This document shows, in pieces, positions 9,594 to 19,096 of a stretch of DNA of 58,855 nucleotides. This DNA comes from an uncultured Clostridia bacterium (GTDB lineage: Bacteria > Bacillota > Clostridia > Christensenellales > CAG-917): contig CAMZEU010000003.1 of the NCBI GenBank assembly GCA_947305865.1, positions 1 to 58,855 on the forward strand, given 5' to 3'. Both the position numbers and the translations under genes were made by a program. The notes under the pieces were generated by a model. The model searched no databases. It was not told where the DNA came from and was given only the letters and a program-made list of their open reading frames with translations. Position 1 is the first letter of the stretch. Every line of letters begins with the position of its first letter.

Positions 9594-9628
9594 AAAAAAG
9601 GCCCAGTTTTACACCGAGCCTCTTTTTT
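9594..9628 (-). terminator. Intrinsic terminator after the second M28 gene
   Basis: Minus-strand RNA AGGCUCGG-UGUAAAA-CUGGGCCU (two G-U pairs) followed by a U-run. Confidence 0.6.
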
Positions 9629-9643
9629 AAATAATTTTATAAA

Positions 9644-10888
9644 TTATTTTACTTCGTCCATTTGGTCGAACTTTTCAAGAACTTTTACAGAAACTGCGTA
9701 ACAGTCTGCTAAGCATTCTTTACCAAGGTTGTCATATGTATCACGAAGTGTATGATAGTAATCTTCTAATTCATGGTTAAGAGCTGTAATACCAGTTGAA
9801 CGGAATCCTGCTTGTGAGAATGCAGCATTATCTGTTGCACCACCGAATGGAGGAACCATACCACTAGCACAATAGATGCTAAGATCATCTGCTGCTTCTT
9901 TGAATAAATCACTAACTGCTTTATCTGACTTAACTGTTCCGTTTAAATCTCTGTAGTTAACCATTAAGAATTTGCCATCATGAATTGTATCATAAGAATA
10001 GATATATGTTGGTACATCTTGGAACTCACCTGCATGTGCTTCACACCATGCTTTTGCTCCTCTTAAACCTGCTTCTTCAGAACCTGTTAAAACAACACCA
10101 ATTTCTGTATGTTCAAGTTCAATACCTTGTTCTTTCATTGCTTTAAGGATTGCAATACCCATATAGCAACCTGTAAGGTTATCGTTAGCACCATCAACAA
10201 CTGTTCTTTCATCCCACATGAAGTACATACCAATTAAACCTGGAACAAAGATTAATCCTGCGATACCTGCCCAGAAGAATCCACCAACATATGGAACACC
10301 AACTTGGTATTGTCCTCTTAATGCTGCAAATACAATTGCAATGACTAAATAATAAAGTGCGCCAACAACGGATGTTAAAATGTGTGCAATATAAACTTTA
10401 CCACCGAATTTATGGTTTACTGGCCAGTTCCATGCTGCATCTGGATGTCCATTGAAGATAATTCTTCTTGTAACTTCACCTGTTGGTTTCTTAAATGCTG
10501 TAACATTATGTCCTTCTTTTTCTGGGAACATAAAGTCTATTGCTTTCTTATAAATTCCAAATTGAAGAACCATAATTGTTAAACCAATTGCTATCATAAC
10601 GATAGATAGAACTGGAATAAAGAACCAACAAAGGATAGATGCAAGAGCAAGAGATACTGTAATATAAATCCATCCATAGAATGAACCTGGGTTCTCCTTG
10701 AATGATTCAACCTCTGCTGTTTCACATCCACAATCTTTTAAAACACCTGCCATGTATTCACAGGACATTTTTTCACCTTCTGTACCAGGTGCACGTTTTG
10801 GCATATCCTTACAAATATGAGTGATTTCATCAATCATATATTGTGCACTTTCTGCCTTGTTTTCAATAAGTTTTGAAAAATCTGCCAT
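9644..10888 (-). CDS. M28-family zinc metallopeptidase with membrane-inserted catalytic domain (paralog of 2133-3359)
   Basis: ATG 10888 follows GGGAGG. Motifs NGHPDA, GANDNLTG, GSEEAGLRGAKAW, YYHTLRDT. Same two TM-hairpin insertions as the paralog. Confidence 0.75.
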   Translation of the reverse strand: MADFSKLIENKAESAQYMIDEITHICKDMPKRAPGTEGEKMSCEYMAGVLKDCGCETAEVESFKENPGSFYGWIYITVSLALASILCWFFIPVLSIVMIAIGLTIMVLQFGIYKKAIDFMFPEKEGHNVTAFKKPTGEVTRRIIFNGHPDAAWNWPVNHKFGGKVYIAHILTSVVGALYYLVIAIVFAALRGQYQVGVPYVGGFFWAGIAGLIFVPGLIGMYFMWDERTVVDGANDNLTGCYMGIAILKAMKEQGIELEHTEIGVVLTGSEEAGLRGAKAWCEAHAGEFQDVPTYIYSYDTIHDGKFLMVNYRDLNGTVKSDKAVSDLFKEAADDLSIYCASGMVPPFGGATDNAAFSQAGFRSTGITALNHELEDYYHTLRDTYDNLGKECLADCYAVSVKVLEKFDQMDEVK

Positions 10889-10920
10889 AATATTTCCTCC
10901 CAAAATTTTATAACAATAAA

Positions 10921-10950
10921 ATTATAGCATTATATTTCTTTTAAGTTCAA
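10921..10950 (-). promoter_or_regulatory. Sigma-70-type promoter
   Basis: Minus strand TTGAAC, 18 nt, TATAAT, upstream of the M28 gene start. Confidence 0.45.
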
Positions 10951-10994
10951 TATCTTAGAGATAAAATTTTAATTTTAAGTGATAAAACCTTTAT

Positions 10995-11426
10995 TTATTC
11001 ATTTGGAATGCCATATTCTCTTTTCATTGCGTCCATAGAAATCACCCATTGCTTGCCATATTTGCATACATCCACACCATTAACGAGTTTGCCATATGCA
11101 ATTGCCTTACGAAGTGTTGATTCGTTTAATCCCCAAATAGTTGTTGCATCTGCCATAGATATTAATCCGTCAAATGGTGTTTTAACCTCTACTCCGTTCT
11201 CCCATAGTTCTTCACAAGAAAGGTCTAAATTATCATTCCAAACAATTCCACAACCTCCAACATCTACAAAAACATAGTTAAACAAATTGTCTTTTTTAAG
11301 ATTATTAAATACTTCTCTCCAACTAAATAATGGTTTGACATCATAAATCTTTGTAACCCCAATAGCAAACTGTATAGATAATTTGTAATCATCTAATGGA
11401 AAAACATTTTTTACTTTATGGAACAT
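10995..11426 (-). CDS. DUF2442-like domain fused to a small helix-turn-helix domain
   Basis: N-terminal pattern VKNVFPLDDYKLSIQF...DVGGCGIVWNDNLDLSCEELWENG resembles DUF2442. The C-terminal part, ATTIWGLNESTLRKAIAYGKL...QWVIS, is HTH-like. RBS AGGAGA. Confidence 0.55.
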   Translation of the reverse strand: MFHKVKNVFPLDDYKLSIQFAIGVTKIYDVKPLFSWREVFNNLKKDNLFNYVFVDVGGCGIVWNDNLDLSCEELWENGVEVKTPFDGLISMADATTIWGLNESTLRKAIAYGKLVNGVDVCKYGKQWVISMDAMKREYGIPNE

Positions 11427-11492
11427 ATTTTTTCTCCTATTGTTTTTAATTATTATATCACGGTATAGTGATTAGCACAATTATATTTTAAG

Positions 11493-11521
11493 TTGTGAAA
11501 AACTTTTCTTGCCTATATAAT
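11493..11521 (+). promoter_or_regulatory. Sigma-70-type promoter
   Basis: TTGTGA, 17 nt, TATAAT, ending 25 nt before the ATG at 11547. Confidence 0.45.
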
Positions 11522-11546
11522 TTAATTATTGAATAACGAGGTAACT

Positions 11547-12713
11547 ATGGGATACGAAGTCATACTTAAAAAGGGAGAAGAAAAAAGAATTCTTGCTGGA
11601 CATCCTTGGGTATATGCCAATGAAGTTCAAAGAATAGATGGGAAAGATAAAAATGGTGCTCTTGTTGTAGTTAAGGCACAAGACGGAAGATTTATAGGGA
11701 AAGGATATATTAACCACTTCTCTAAAATCTTGGTCCGCATTTTTATTAGAGATGATAACGAAGACACAGAAGAATATTATCTTAATGCTTTAACTGAAGC
11801 AAAGAATCTAAGAGAAAGTCTTGGGTATAAAGATAATTACAGACTAGTTTTCTCCGAAGCAGACAACCTCCCTGGATTAGTTATAGACAAGTATGCAGAC
11901 TATCTCGTAATGCAATGTATGTCACTTGGTATAGACCAAAGAAAACAAATGATAGTAGATTGCCTCATAAAACTCTTTAACCCAAAAGGGATTTATGAGA
12001 GAAGCGACGCCCAAGTAAGAGTTAAAGAAGGATTACAACCATACTCTGGATTATTATATGGCGAAGTACCAGATGAAATTATAATAGACGAGAATGGCAT
12101 TAAGATGTCCGTTGATGCAAAGAACGGACAAAAGACCGGATACTTTTTAGATCAAAAAGAAAATAGATTTGCAATTCGCAGATATTCCAAAGACAAAACC
12201 GTTTTAGATTGTTTCTGTAATAGTGGTGGCTTCTCTATGAATGCTGCTCTCAATGCAAAATCTGTTACAGCTGTAGACATTTCCGAATTAGCATTAAATA
12301 CTGTAAAGAGAAATGCTGAACTTAACAACTTCAAAAATGTAAAAACTTTGGAAGGAGATGTCTTCAAAATTTTAAGAGACGAGAAAACTGCTGGAAACAA
12401 ATATGGTATGGTTATTTTAGACCCACCAGCATTTTGCAAGAGTGTTAATGAAGTCAAGGATTCTTTAAGAGGTTATAAAGATATTAACATTTTAGGAATG
12501 AAACTCGTTGAAAAAGGTGGCTTCTTAGTATCTTCTTCTTGTTCTCATTTTGTTACCATGCAAATGTTTATGCAAATGCTAACAGATGCAAGTAGAGAAA
12601 GTGGCAGAAGAATTAGAGTACTAGAAATAAAAACTCAAGCACCAGATCATCCTGCACTTTTAGCAGACGATGAAACTAGTTACTTGAAGTTTGTTGTTAT
12701 GCAAGTTTTGTAA
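11547..12713 (+). CDS. rlmI: Class I SAM-dependent 23S rRNA (cytosine-C5) methyltransferase, RlmI-like (PUA + MTase)
   Basis: N-terminal GHPWVYANEV motif, Rossmann motif VLDCFCNSGGFS, DPPAF motif. Start at MGYEV with an upstream GAGG. Confidence 0.75.
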   Translation: MGYEVILKKGEEKRILAGHPWVYANEVQRIDGKDKNGALVVVKAQDGRFIGKGYINHFSKILVRIFIRDDNEDTEEYYLNALTEAKNLRESLGYKDNYRLVFSEADNLPGLVIDKYADYLVMQCMSLGIDQRKQMIVDCLIKLFNPKGIYERSDAQVRVKEGLQPYSGLLYGEVPDEIIIDENGIKMSVDAKNGQKTGYFLDQKENRFAIRRYSKDKTVLDCFCNSGGFSMNAALNAKSVTAVDISELALNTVKRNAELNNFKNVKTLEGDVFKILRDEKTAGNKYGMVILDPPAFCKSVNEVKDSLRGYKDINILGMKLVEKGGFLVSSSCSHFVTMQMFMQMLTDASRESGRRIRVLEIKTQAPDHPALLADDETSYLKFVVMQVL

Positions 12714-13010
12714 TTAGAATAAATAGATTCCTACTAGCACAGCACCAGCGATATCTATCAATGCAAATATTGGGAAGAATACTGCGAAATACCAGTGTTT
12801 TGTTTTATGTCTAAAAATATACATTCCAAGACATGTTCCGATTCCACCAAGCAACATAGCAACCGCAAAAAGACCAGCTTCAGGAACTCTCCATTTGCCC
12901 TTCTCTGCTTTTGTCTTATCTACACGCATAATTATTATCCCAACCAATGTCATAAAGGCCATAACTGCCCAGATAGCAATTGCAATAATTCTATTTACTG
13001 TAAAATCCAT
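12714..13010 (-). CDS. DUF1294 family membrane protein
   Basis: Signature WRVPEAGLFAVAMLLGGIGTCLGMYIFRHKTKHWYF. RBS AGGAGA. Confidence 0.75.
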   Translation of the reverse strand: MDFTVNRIIAIAIWAVMAFMTLVGIIIMRVDKTKAEKGKWRVPEAGLFAVAMLLGGIGTCLGMYIFRHKTKHWYFAVFFPIFALIDIAGAVLVGIYLF

Positions 13011-13918
13011 TTTTTATCTCCTTGTTTTATATCCTCTTTTTCTAACTTTTCACTTATGGTTTGAAGTATGGCATTTTTATCTTGTTCCCACTTTGGCGCA
13101 ACAAGCAAATTCTCCATGCATTCTCCAACTAATCTATGTATAACAATATTCTCTCGCAGATTAGAAATTGCATAACAAACTAAATCTATGTATTTTGCAA
13201 AATCAATAGTTGTATATTTCTTTTCGTTATAATAAACCTCTAGTTTTGTGTTTTTCATAACATATAACGAATGTATCTTTATTCCATCTATTGGCAAGCT
13301 ATTTACATATGAAATTGTGTTCTTAATATCCTCTTCCGTTTCACCCGGAAGACCAAATATTATATGTATTACAACATCAATTCCATTATCTTTTAATAGC
13401 TTTACAGCCCTTGTACAAACCTCTGTTTTATATCCTCTATTAATCCTTAATGCAGTCTCATCCGAGGATGTTTGAAGGCCTAATTCAATCCATACTTTTC
13501 TATCTTTATTGTACTCTTTTAATAATGTCACTATATTTTCATCTATACAGTCTGGTCTTGTGGCGATAGCTAATGCTTCTATCTTTTCAGATATCAATGC
13601 TTTGTCATATACCTCTTTTAGTTCTTGCGGTTTTGCATATGTATTTGAAAAGTTTTGGAAGTATGCAACAAAGCCTCCTTTTTCTTTTCTTCTTATATAG
13701 TGATCTAATTGTGCTTGGGCTTGTTCTGTTACAGTTTGTCTTGCATTAACATGTTCTCCAGCACCTCTTTCACCACAGAAAATACATCCACCAACACCAA
13801 CTGTTCCATCTCTATTAGGACAAGTAAAGCCACCATCCAAACATATCTTGTGAATTGGATGTCCAAAGGTACTATTACACCAATTTGAAAATGTATTATA
13901 TCTTCTTATCTGGTTCAT
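12995..13918 (-). CDS. TIGR01212-family radical SAM protein (YtqA/YhcC-like)
   Basis: GFTCPNRDGTVGVGGCIFCGERGAGEH cluster motif. ATGA overlap with the upstream gene. Confidence 0.8.
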   Translation of the reverse strand: MNQIRRYNTFSNWCNSTFGHPIHKICLDGGFTCPNRDGTVGVGGCIFCGERGAGEHVNARQTVTEQAQAQLDHYIRRKEKGGFVAYFQNFSNTYAKPQELKEVYDKALISEKIEALAIATRPDCIDENIVTLLKEYNKDRKVWIELGLQTSSDETALRINRGYKTEVCTRAVKLLKDNGIDVVIHIIFGLPGETEEDIKNTISYVNSLPIDGIKIHSLYVMKNTKLEVYYNEKKYTTIDFAKYIDLVCYAISNLRENIVIHRLVGECMENLLVAPKWEQDKNAILQTISEKLEKEDIKQGDKKWILQ

Positions 13919-14391
13919 TTCTCTTCAACAATTTTACCTGTCATGTGTTCAATATCTAGTTCAAGTAAGGTAACTCTATGTAAATCTCTATTTAATTCAA
14001 ACTCAACTTCTTCTTTTGTTGGATAATACTTTGTTGCCATCTTTCTTAGTTGATTTACCTTGAAATCGCCATCCTCAACTATTCTTATTCTTCCAAAGAC
14101 AACAACACTTAATACCATATAGTACCACTTGCCTTCAACTTGTTCCCCTTTATTCCAAGTACAAAATGATACTTTGTTATCCTTATTAATTGAATCTATC
14201 TTATGTCCGGCACCTGCACCATGAAAATAAATCTTGTTTAGTTCTTCGTCGTAGTAATAATTGATAGGAATACCATATGGATAACCATCATCTCCTTGAA
14301 CAGATAGAACTCCTCTTTTTTCATTCTTTAATATCTTAATACAAACTTCTTTGGATTGCTCTTGTTTAAACCTTCTCATGCCTCGAAACAT
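13915..14391 (-). CDS. Pyridoxamine 5'-phosphate oxidase-family (flavin-binding split-barrel) protein
   Basis: N-terminal pattern MRRFKQEQSKEVCIKILKNEKRGVLSVQGDDGYPYGIPINY is typical of the Nim/PNPOx-like family. RBS GGAGAGG. Confidence 0.65.
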   Translation of the reverse strand: MFRGMRRFKQEQSKEVCIKILKNEKRGVLSVQGDDGYPYGIPINYYYDEELNKIYFHGAGAGHKIDSINKDNKVSFCTWNKGEQVEGKWYYMVLSVVVFGRIRIVEDGDFKVNQLRKMATKYYPTKEEVEFELNRDLHRVTLLELDIEHMTGKIVEEK

Positions 14392-14392
14392 A

Positions 14393-15262
14393 CTATACCT
14401 CTCCGTTTTCTAGAAATTTCTTAACATTATCTAAGCATCTTTCAGCTTCTGCTCTTCCAATTTGATAAACTCTTTCAAGTTCATCCGGATTATCTTCTGT
14501 TCTTTTTATGCCAAGAGATTGAGGTGGTCTTATTACATAAGCCAATCCTTTTCCCTCTCTTTCTTTAATCTCTTTCATTTCCTCGTTGTACATCTCATGT
14601 CTTACTTTCATTGCTTCAACAACTTTTGGATACTTTTTAAGACATAAACTTATTAATGGCAACAATGAACTCTTCTCTTTAACAAAGCCTTCTGGCTGTG
14701 TAAGAATAATAACATTCCTGTTATATCCGATATCTTCCATATATTGATATGGGACTGAAACTACCATACCACCATCCAAATAATAATTCCCATCTATTTC
14801 TACAACACGAGAAACTAGTGGCATAGAGGCCGATGCTCTGAACCATTGTGTATCCAACTCACCACCATCTATGCATTTATGGTATTCTTCTTCTCCTGTA
14901 TTTACATTTGTTGCTCCAACATAGAACTCCATAGGATTATTCTTAAATGTTTCTTTATCAAAGATATCCACTTTATTTGGGAGCTCATTGTAACAGAATT
15001 CAACATTATAAAAATCACCAGTTTTTAATAAAGATCTAAATCCACAGAATCTTTTATCATTACAATACTTCTTGTTGTATCTTATTCCTCTTCCAATTTG
15101 TTTGGATTTAATGTTGCATCCAAACACTGCTCCTGCAGATATACCTGCTGCACCATCAAAGTTTATACCATTCTCCATGAAGACATCTAATACACCACAT
15201 GTAAACATGCCTCTCATGGCTCCACCTTCCATTATTAAGCCTTTTTTGATATTACTTTCCAT
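14393..15262 (-). CDS. Patatin-like phospholipase
   Basis: GGAMRG oxyanion motif, GISAGA nucleophile motif, DGG Asp motif. Confidence 0.8.
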   Translation of the reverse strand: MESNIKKGLIMEGGAMRGMFTCGVLDVFMENGINFDGAAGISAGAVFGCNIKSKQIGRGIRYNKKYCNDKRFCGFRSLLKTGDFYNVEFCYNELPNKVDIFDKETFKNNPMEFYVGATNVNTGEEEYHKCIDGGELDTQWFRASASMPLVSRVVEIDGNYYLDGGMVVSVPYQYMEDIGYNRNVIILTQPEGFVKEKSSLLPLISLCLKKYPKVVEAMKVRHEMYNEEMKEIKEREGKGLAYVIRPPQSLGIKRTEDNPDELERVYQIGRAEAERCLDNVKKFLENGEV

Positions 15263-15265
15263 AAA

Positions 15266-16513
15266 TTAGATCTCCTGCCCTCTCATAAATCTAGCCCTAA
15301 TATTGCTCTTGTTTCCTAATCCACAGAATCTTTCAATTTTCTGAATTGGTGATAATTCCTCAAACTCATCTGATACGCCACTAATTACTAAAGCATCAAA
15401 TGAATAACCTTGTTCAAAACTGCCAACATTACCAAATAACTTTCCACTGCCTTTTGTTCCCATATAGAATGCTTCTGCAAATGATATTTTTCTATTTTCT
15501 GGTTCATAGAATGATTTTATCTTAGATAATTGTACTGCTTGAGCAATTTGTGTATGGATACACAAGTCATAACCTGCAGAAATATCACTTCCAAGTCCAA
15601 GATTAACATCCTTGTCCATAAGAACACCAGTTTGCATAATACCTGCTATAACATTTACTGTTGCATCTGGACACTGAACAGCATATCCGTTATATCTCTT
15701 AAGGATATCTATATCCTTTTCTTTTGGAAATATAAAATGAGCAGCAATTACTGGGCCATTATCTAACAATCCAGCTTTTTCATAAATTTCCATATCGCAA
15801 TTAGAATTCGAATGTTGTTTTAATGCTTCATTACTTTCCCAAATAGATTCTTCTATATGTGTTTGAATGCCAACTTTATATTTTTTTGCTATTTTGCCTA
15901 ATCCTTCCAAAAGTGTATCGCTACATGTTGGAGCAAAGCGTGGCGTCAATATAGGCTTTGAATATTTATTATTGATATATTTATCAATAAACTTTTCCGT
16001 ATCTCTTATAGAGGACTCAGTGCTTTCACAAAGATAATCTGGACTATTCATATCCATGTTTACTTTGCCCACATAAGAAGAAATCCCTTTCTTTTCTAAT
16101 TGATCTATAAGATATCCTGTTGCCTCATTATGTATTGTTCCAAATACAACTGCATGCATTGTACCTTGAGCAATTATTTCGTTTATAAAACTATCATAAA
16201 CAGCTTTTGCAAACTCAACATCTTTATATTTAGCCTCTAGAGGAAAAGTATACTTGTCTAACCAATCTACTAACACCTCATCCATTGCCAAACTGCGTTG
16301 TGGATACTGTGGTGCATGGACATGTAAATCTGTGAATGCTGGAATAATTACATCTTCTCCAAAGTCTTTACAAGGCAACCTTTTATATTTCTCTGGAAGG
16401 GTTTCATAAATACCTTCTACAACACCATTTTCAACAGCAATATATGCATTGGAATATTCAACCAACTCGTTTTTACTCTTAGAATAAACTATGTTGCCAC
16501 AATATAATTCCAT
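15266..16513 (-). CDS. guaD: Amidohydrolase-superfamily guanine deaminase (probable)
   Basis: TDLHVHAPQYPQ...LVDWLDKYTFPLEAKYKD resembles the GuaD metal-binding/N-terminal signature. Confidence 0.65.
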   Translation of the reverse strand: MELYCGNIVYSKSKNELVEYSNAYIAVENGVVEGIYETLPEKYKRLPCKDFGEDVIIPAFTDLHVHAPQYPQRSLAMDEVLVDWLDKYTFPLEAKYKDVEFAKAVYDSFINEIIAQGTMHAVVFGTIHNEATGYLIDQLEKKGISSYVGKVNMDMNSPDYLCESTESSIRDTEKFIDKYINNKYSKPILTPRFAPTCSDTLLEGLGKIAKKYKVGIQTHIEESIWESNEALKQHSNSNCDMEIYEKAGLLDNGPVIAAHFIFPKEKDIDILKRYNGYAVQCPDATVNVIAGIMQTGVLMDKDVNLGLGSDISAGYDLCIHTQIAQAVQLSKIKSFYEPENRKISFAEAFYMGTKGSGKLFGNVGSFEQGYSFDALVISGVSDEFEELSPIQKIERFCGLGNKSNIRARFMRGQEI

Positions 16514-16515
16514 AT

Positions 16516-17856
16516 TTATTTCTCCAATACTACCAATGTCTCAACATGCATCGTTTGAGGGAACATATCATATGGTTGGATATATGCAACTTTGTATATA
16601 TCTTGCAACAATTTTATGTCTCTTCCTAATGTTGCTGGGTTGCAAGACACGTAGATTATCTTATCAAAACGTGCTAATAAAGTCTTTTCTATGACATTTG
16701 AGTCAATTCCTTTTCTAGGTGGATCTACTATCAAAGCCTTCTTCTTTTGGCTAATAGAAAGATCTTCCATATACTTGCCAGCATCCTCACAAATAAACTC
16801 AATTCTGTCGCCAAGTCCAGCCTTCTTTGCAATTACTTTTGCATCTTCAACAGCCTCCGGGACTATCTCCACAGCTTTGAATGTAGACTTAGGCATACGC
16901 TTTGCCAAAGATGATGTTAGAATACCAACCCCAGAGAATAATTCTATGATGTCTCCATCATATCCATCTAGTTGCTTGGCAACATCATTATATAATTCAT
17001 TCATTACATCTAGATTTACTTGAAGGAAAGATAATGGAGATAAAGATACTTTTAATCCTAATATATCTTGTGGGCTTGTATCTCCTGAAATATATCCAAC
17101 AGTATTTCCTAAAATAACATTTCCTCTTTCAGTGTTAGGAGAGAAATATAATGTATAATTACCTAATTCTTTCTTTAACTTAAGAACAAGTTCAGTACTA
17201 TATTCAAGCTTATCACCATTGCCAACAATGACTATTTCAGCTCTATCTAGTTTCCTTACCACCAAATGCCTTAAAAAGCCATCTAGAGCAATTTCATCAT
17301 AAACACTGATGTTATTCTCGTTTGCCCATTCTGAAACGATTCTAATTATATTAGAAGCCCACTCATCATGCAATGGACAGAACTTCATTGGGACAACTTT
17401 ATGTGTTTGCTTTTCATAGAATCCAAGAACAACTCTATCTCCTCTCTTCCCAAAAGGAAGAGCGAGTTTATTTCTATATTTCCATTGGTTCTTTGAAATT
17501 GGTGTTGGAACAGAGATTTCTAGTCCAGCATTCTTTTTTAAAGTTCTTTCTATATGTAATCTTTTAATCTCTAGTTGTTTTTCATATGCAATATGTTGCA
17601 TGTCACAGCCACCACATTTTGCATAATATGGACAAATTGGTTTAACTCTATCTGGAGATGGTTCTATAATCTCTAAAAGCTCTCCGAAGGCATAATCTTT
17701 CTTTGTGTATGTTAATCTAACTTTAACTTTTTCACCTTTTATGGCATTGTTAACAAATACAGGATAATTATCTAGTTTTATTATCCCTTCTCCGTTCATT
17801 CCGAAGTCTATGACTTCGGCAATGTGTTCTTCACCACCACGATGCCTTTCTAGCAC
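16516..17856 (-). CDS. rlmD: 23S rRNA (uracil-C5)-methyltransferase, RumA/RlmD family (TRAM + Fe-S + MTase)
   Basis: GTG start after GGGAGAG. TRAM domain, Cys cluster CPYYAKCGGCDMQH, C-terminal SCNPATL motif. Confidence 0.8.
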   Translation of the reverse strand: MLERHRGGEEHIAEVIDFGMNGEGIIKLDNYPVFVNNAIKGEKVKVRLTYTKKDYAFGELLEIIEPSPDRVKPICPYYAKCGGCDMQHIAYEKQLEIKRLHIERTLKKNAGLEISVPTPISKNQWKYRNKLALPFGKRGDRVVLGFYEKQTHKVVPMKFCPLHDEWASNIIRIVSEWANENNISVYDEIALDGFLRHLVVRKLDRAEIVIVGNGDKLEYSTELVLKLKKELGNYTLYFSPNTERGNVILGNTVGYISGDTSPQDILGLKVSLSPLSFLQVNLDVMNELYNDVAKQLDGYDGDIIELFSGVGILTSSLAKRMPKSTFKAVEIVPEAVEDAKVIAKKAGLGDRIEFICEDAGKYMEDLSISQKKKALIVDPPRKGIDSNVIEKTLLARFDKIIYVSCNPATLGRDIKLLQDIYKVAYIQPYDMFPQTMHVETLVVLEK

Positions 17857-19010
17857 TCAATCTCTCCCTTTAATGCTGCTTTATAATTGTCTAAGAATTT
17901 TTCTATACGTGCATAGTTTGCACTCATATCTAATCCATTCTCAGCCATTCTGTCTCTATACCAAGACAAATACTTCTTTGTATCTTCTCTTGCTGGCTTA
18001 AATGGTGTACGAAGCACATAACAGTGTCCGCTATTCCACCATACTTTGCCAACATAATAATCATTCTTTACTCCTATCTCAGAAAGCTTGCCTGAAAGTC
18101 TCTTGGCTTCGCCTAAGCATAGGAAGTCTCCTGCTCCACCATTATTGTATGTTGCTGGGAAATCTTTATTAAGATAATTATATGGATTCAATTCTTTATA
18201 GAATTCCCATTCTCTACTCTTCTTTCTTGTGCTCTTTCTGTTAATATATCTTACCATTAAAAGATTTGTGAAAGGAATACGATACATAATTTCTGTACTA
18301 AATGCTCCAGAAATAAATATATTATATTTAGGTTTTGCTTTAAGCTCTGGCAAATTGAGTTTTAGCCTGTATATTTCATCTGTTGCTGCACAGCTCAAAC
18401 AAGATGCCATATGGCCACCACTTGAGTCTCCTGTTACTGTAATCAAATCTGGATTTACATTATATTTTTCTGCATTATCTACAATAAAGTTAAATGCATC
18501 TATACAGTCTTCTAAGTTTGCTGGGAATACAATCTTAGGGCAAAGTCTATGGTCTATTACAAACACTACAGCACCCATTACAGCATACAATCTAGCATAC
18601 CCATCTCTTCTATTTCTATTGTGTATCATCCAACCACCACCAGGTATATCTAATATTGCAGGGCTTTTATCTGCAACTGGTCTTGAAGGAAGATAAATAT
18701 CTAGAACCAATGTCTCACCATCTATTGTTTTATATGGGACATCTTTTATAACCTTAATTTCATCCACAAAAGGAGATCTGCCATTTGGCCTTGCACGACT
18801 TTCTTCCACTACATCAAAGATATGTGCCATTAAAGGATCTCTTTTTGCAATACGTTGCTCAGATCTTTCTTCTTTAACGAGCCATTTACATCTGTCTTCG
18901 TCTATTTTTTGATGGCGCTTATTATACTTTTCTTGGTGTTTTTCATCTGGATGTCTTTCACGCTCTTTGTTTAACTTTTCTTCTTGTTTGTCAAACTTTG
19001 AATATGCCAT
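17850..19010 (-). CDS. Alpha/beta-hydrolase fold-3 esterase with a roughly 60-aa Lys/Glu-rich N-terminal extension
   Basis: Start set at MAYSKF (ATG 19010) after AGGAAGGG. Motifs PGGGW and GDSSGGH. Confidence 0.7.
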   Translation of the reverse strand: MAYSKFDKQEEKLNKERERHPDEKHQEKYNKRHQKIDEDRCKWLVKEERSEQRIAKRDPLMAHIFDVVEESRARPNGRSPFVDEIKVIKDVPYKTIDGETLVLDIYLPSRPVADKSPAILDIPGGGWMIHNRNRRDGYARLYAVMGAVVFVIDHRLCPKIVFPANLEDCIDAFNFIVDNAEKYNVNPDLITVTGDSSGGHMASCLSCAATDEIYRLKLNLPELKAKPKYNIFISGAFSTEIMYRIPFTNLLMVRYINRKSTRKKSREWEFYKELNPYNYLNKDFPATYNNGGAGDFLCLGEAKRLSGKLSEIGVKNDYYVGKVWWNSGHCYVLRTPFKPAREDTKKYLSWYRDRMAENGLDMSANYARIEKFLDNYKAALKGEIEC

Positions 19011-19026
19011 AATTCCCTTCCTAAAC

Positions 19027-19060
19027 ATAAAATTAATGCAGGTCTATTAAACCTGCATTA
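19027..19060 (-). terminator. Intrinsic terminator after pfkA
   Basis: 10-bp stem TAATGCAGGT / ACCTGCATTA (19034-19060) followed on the minus strand by UUUUAUGUUU. Confidence 0.6.
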
Positions 19061-19096
19061 AGTATAACATATTTATATTTATTTGTTAATATTCTA

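Noticed and set aside
10995-11426. Toxin-antitoxin reading of the DUF2442-like gene.
   Set aside because: No partner gene (for example DUF4160) is adjacent. The gene stands alone between two promoters and carries its own HTH. There is not enough evidence for a TA module.
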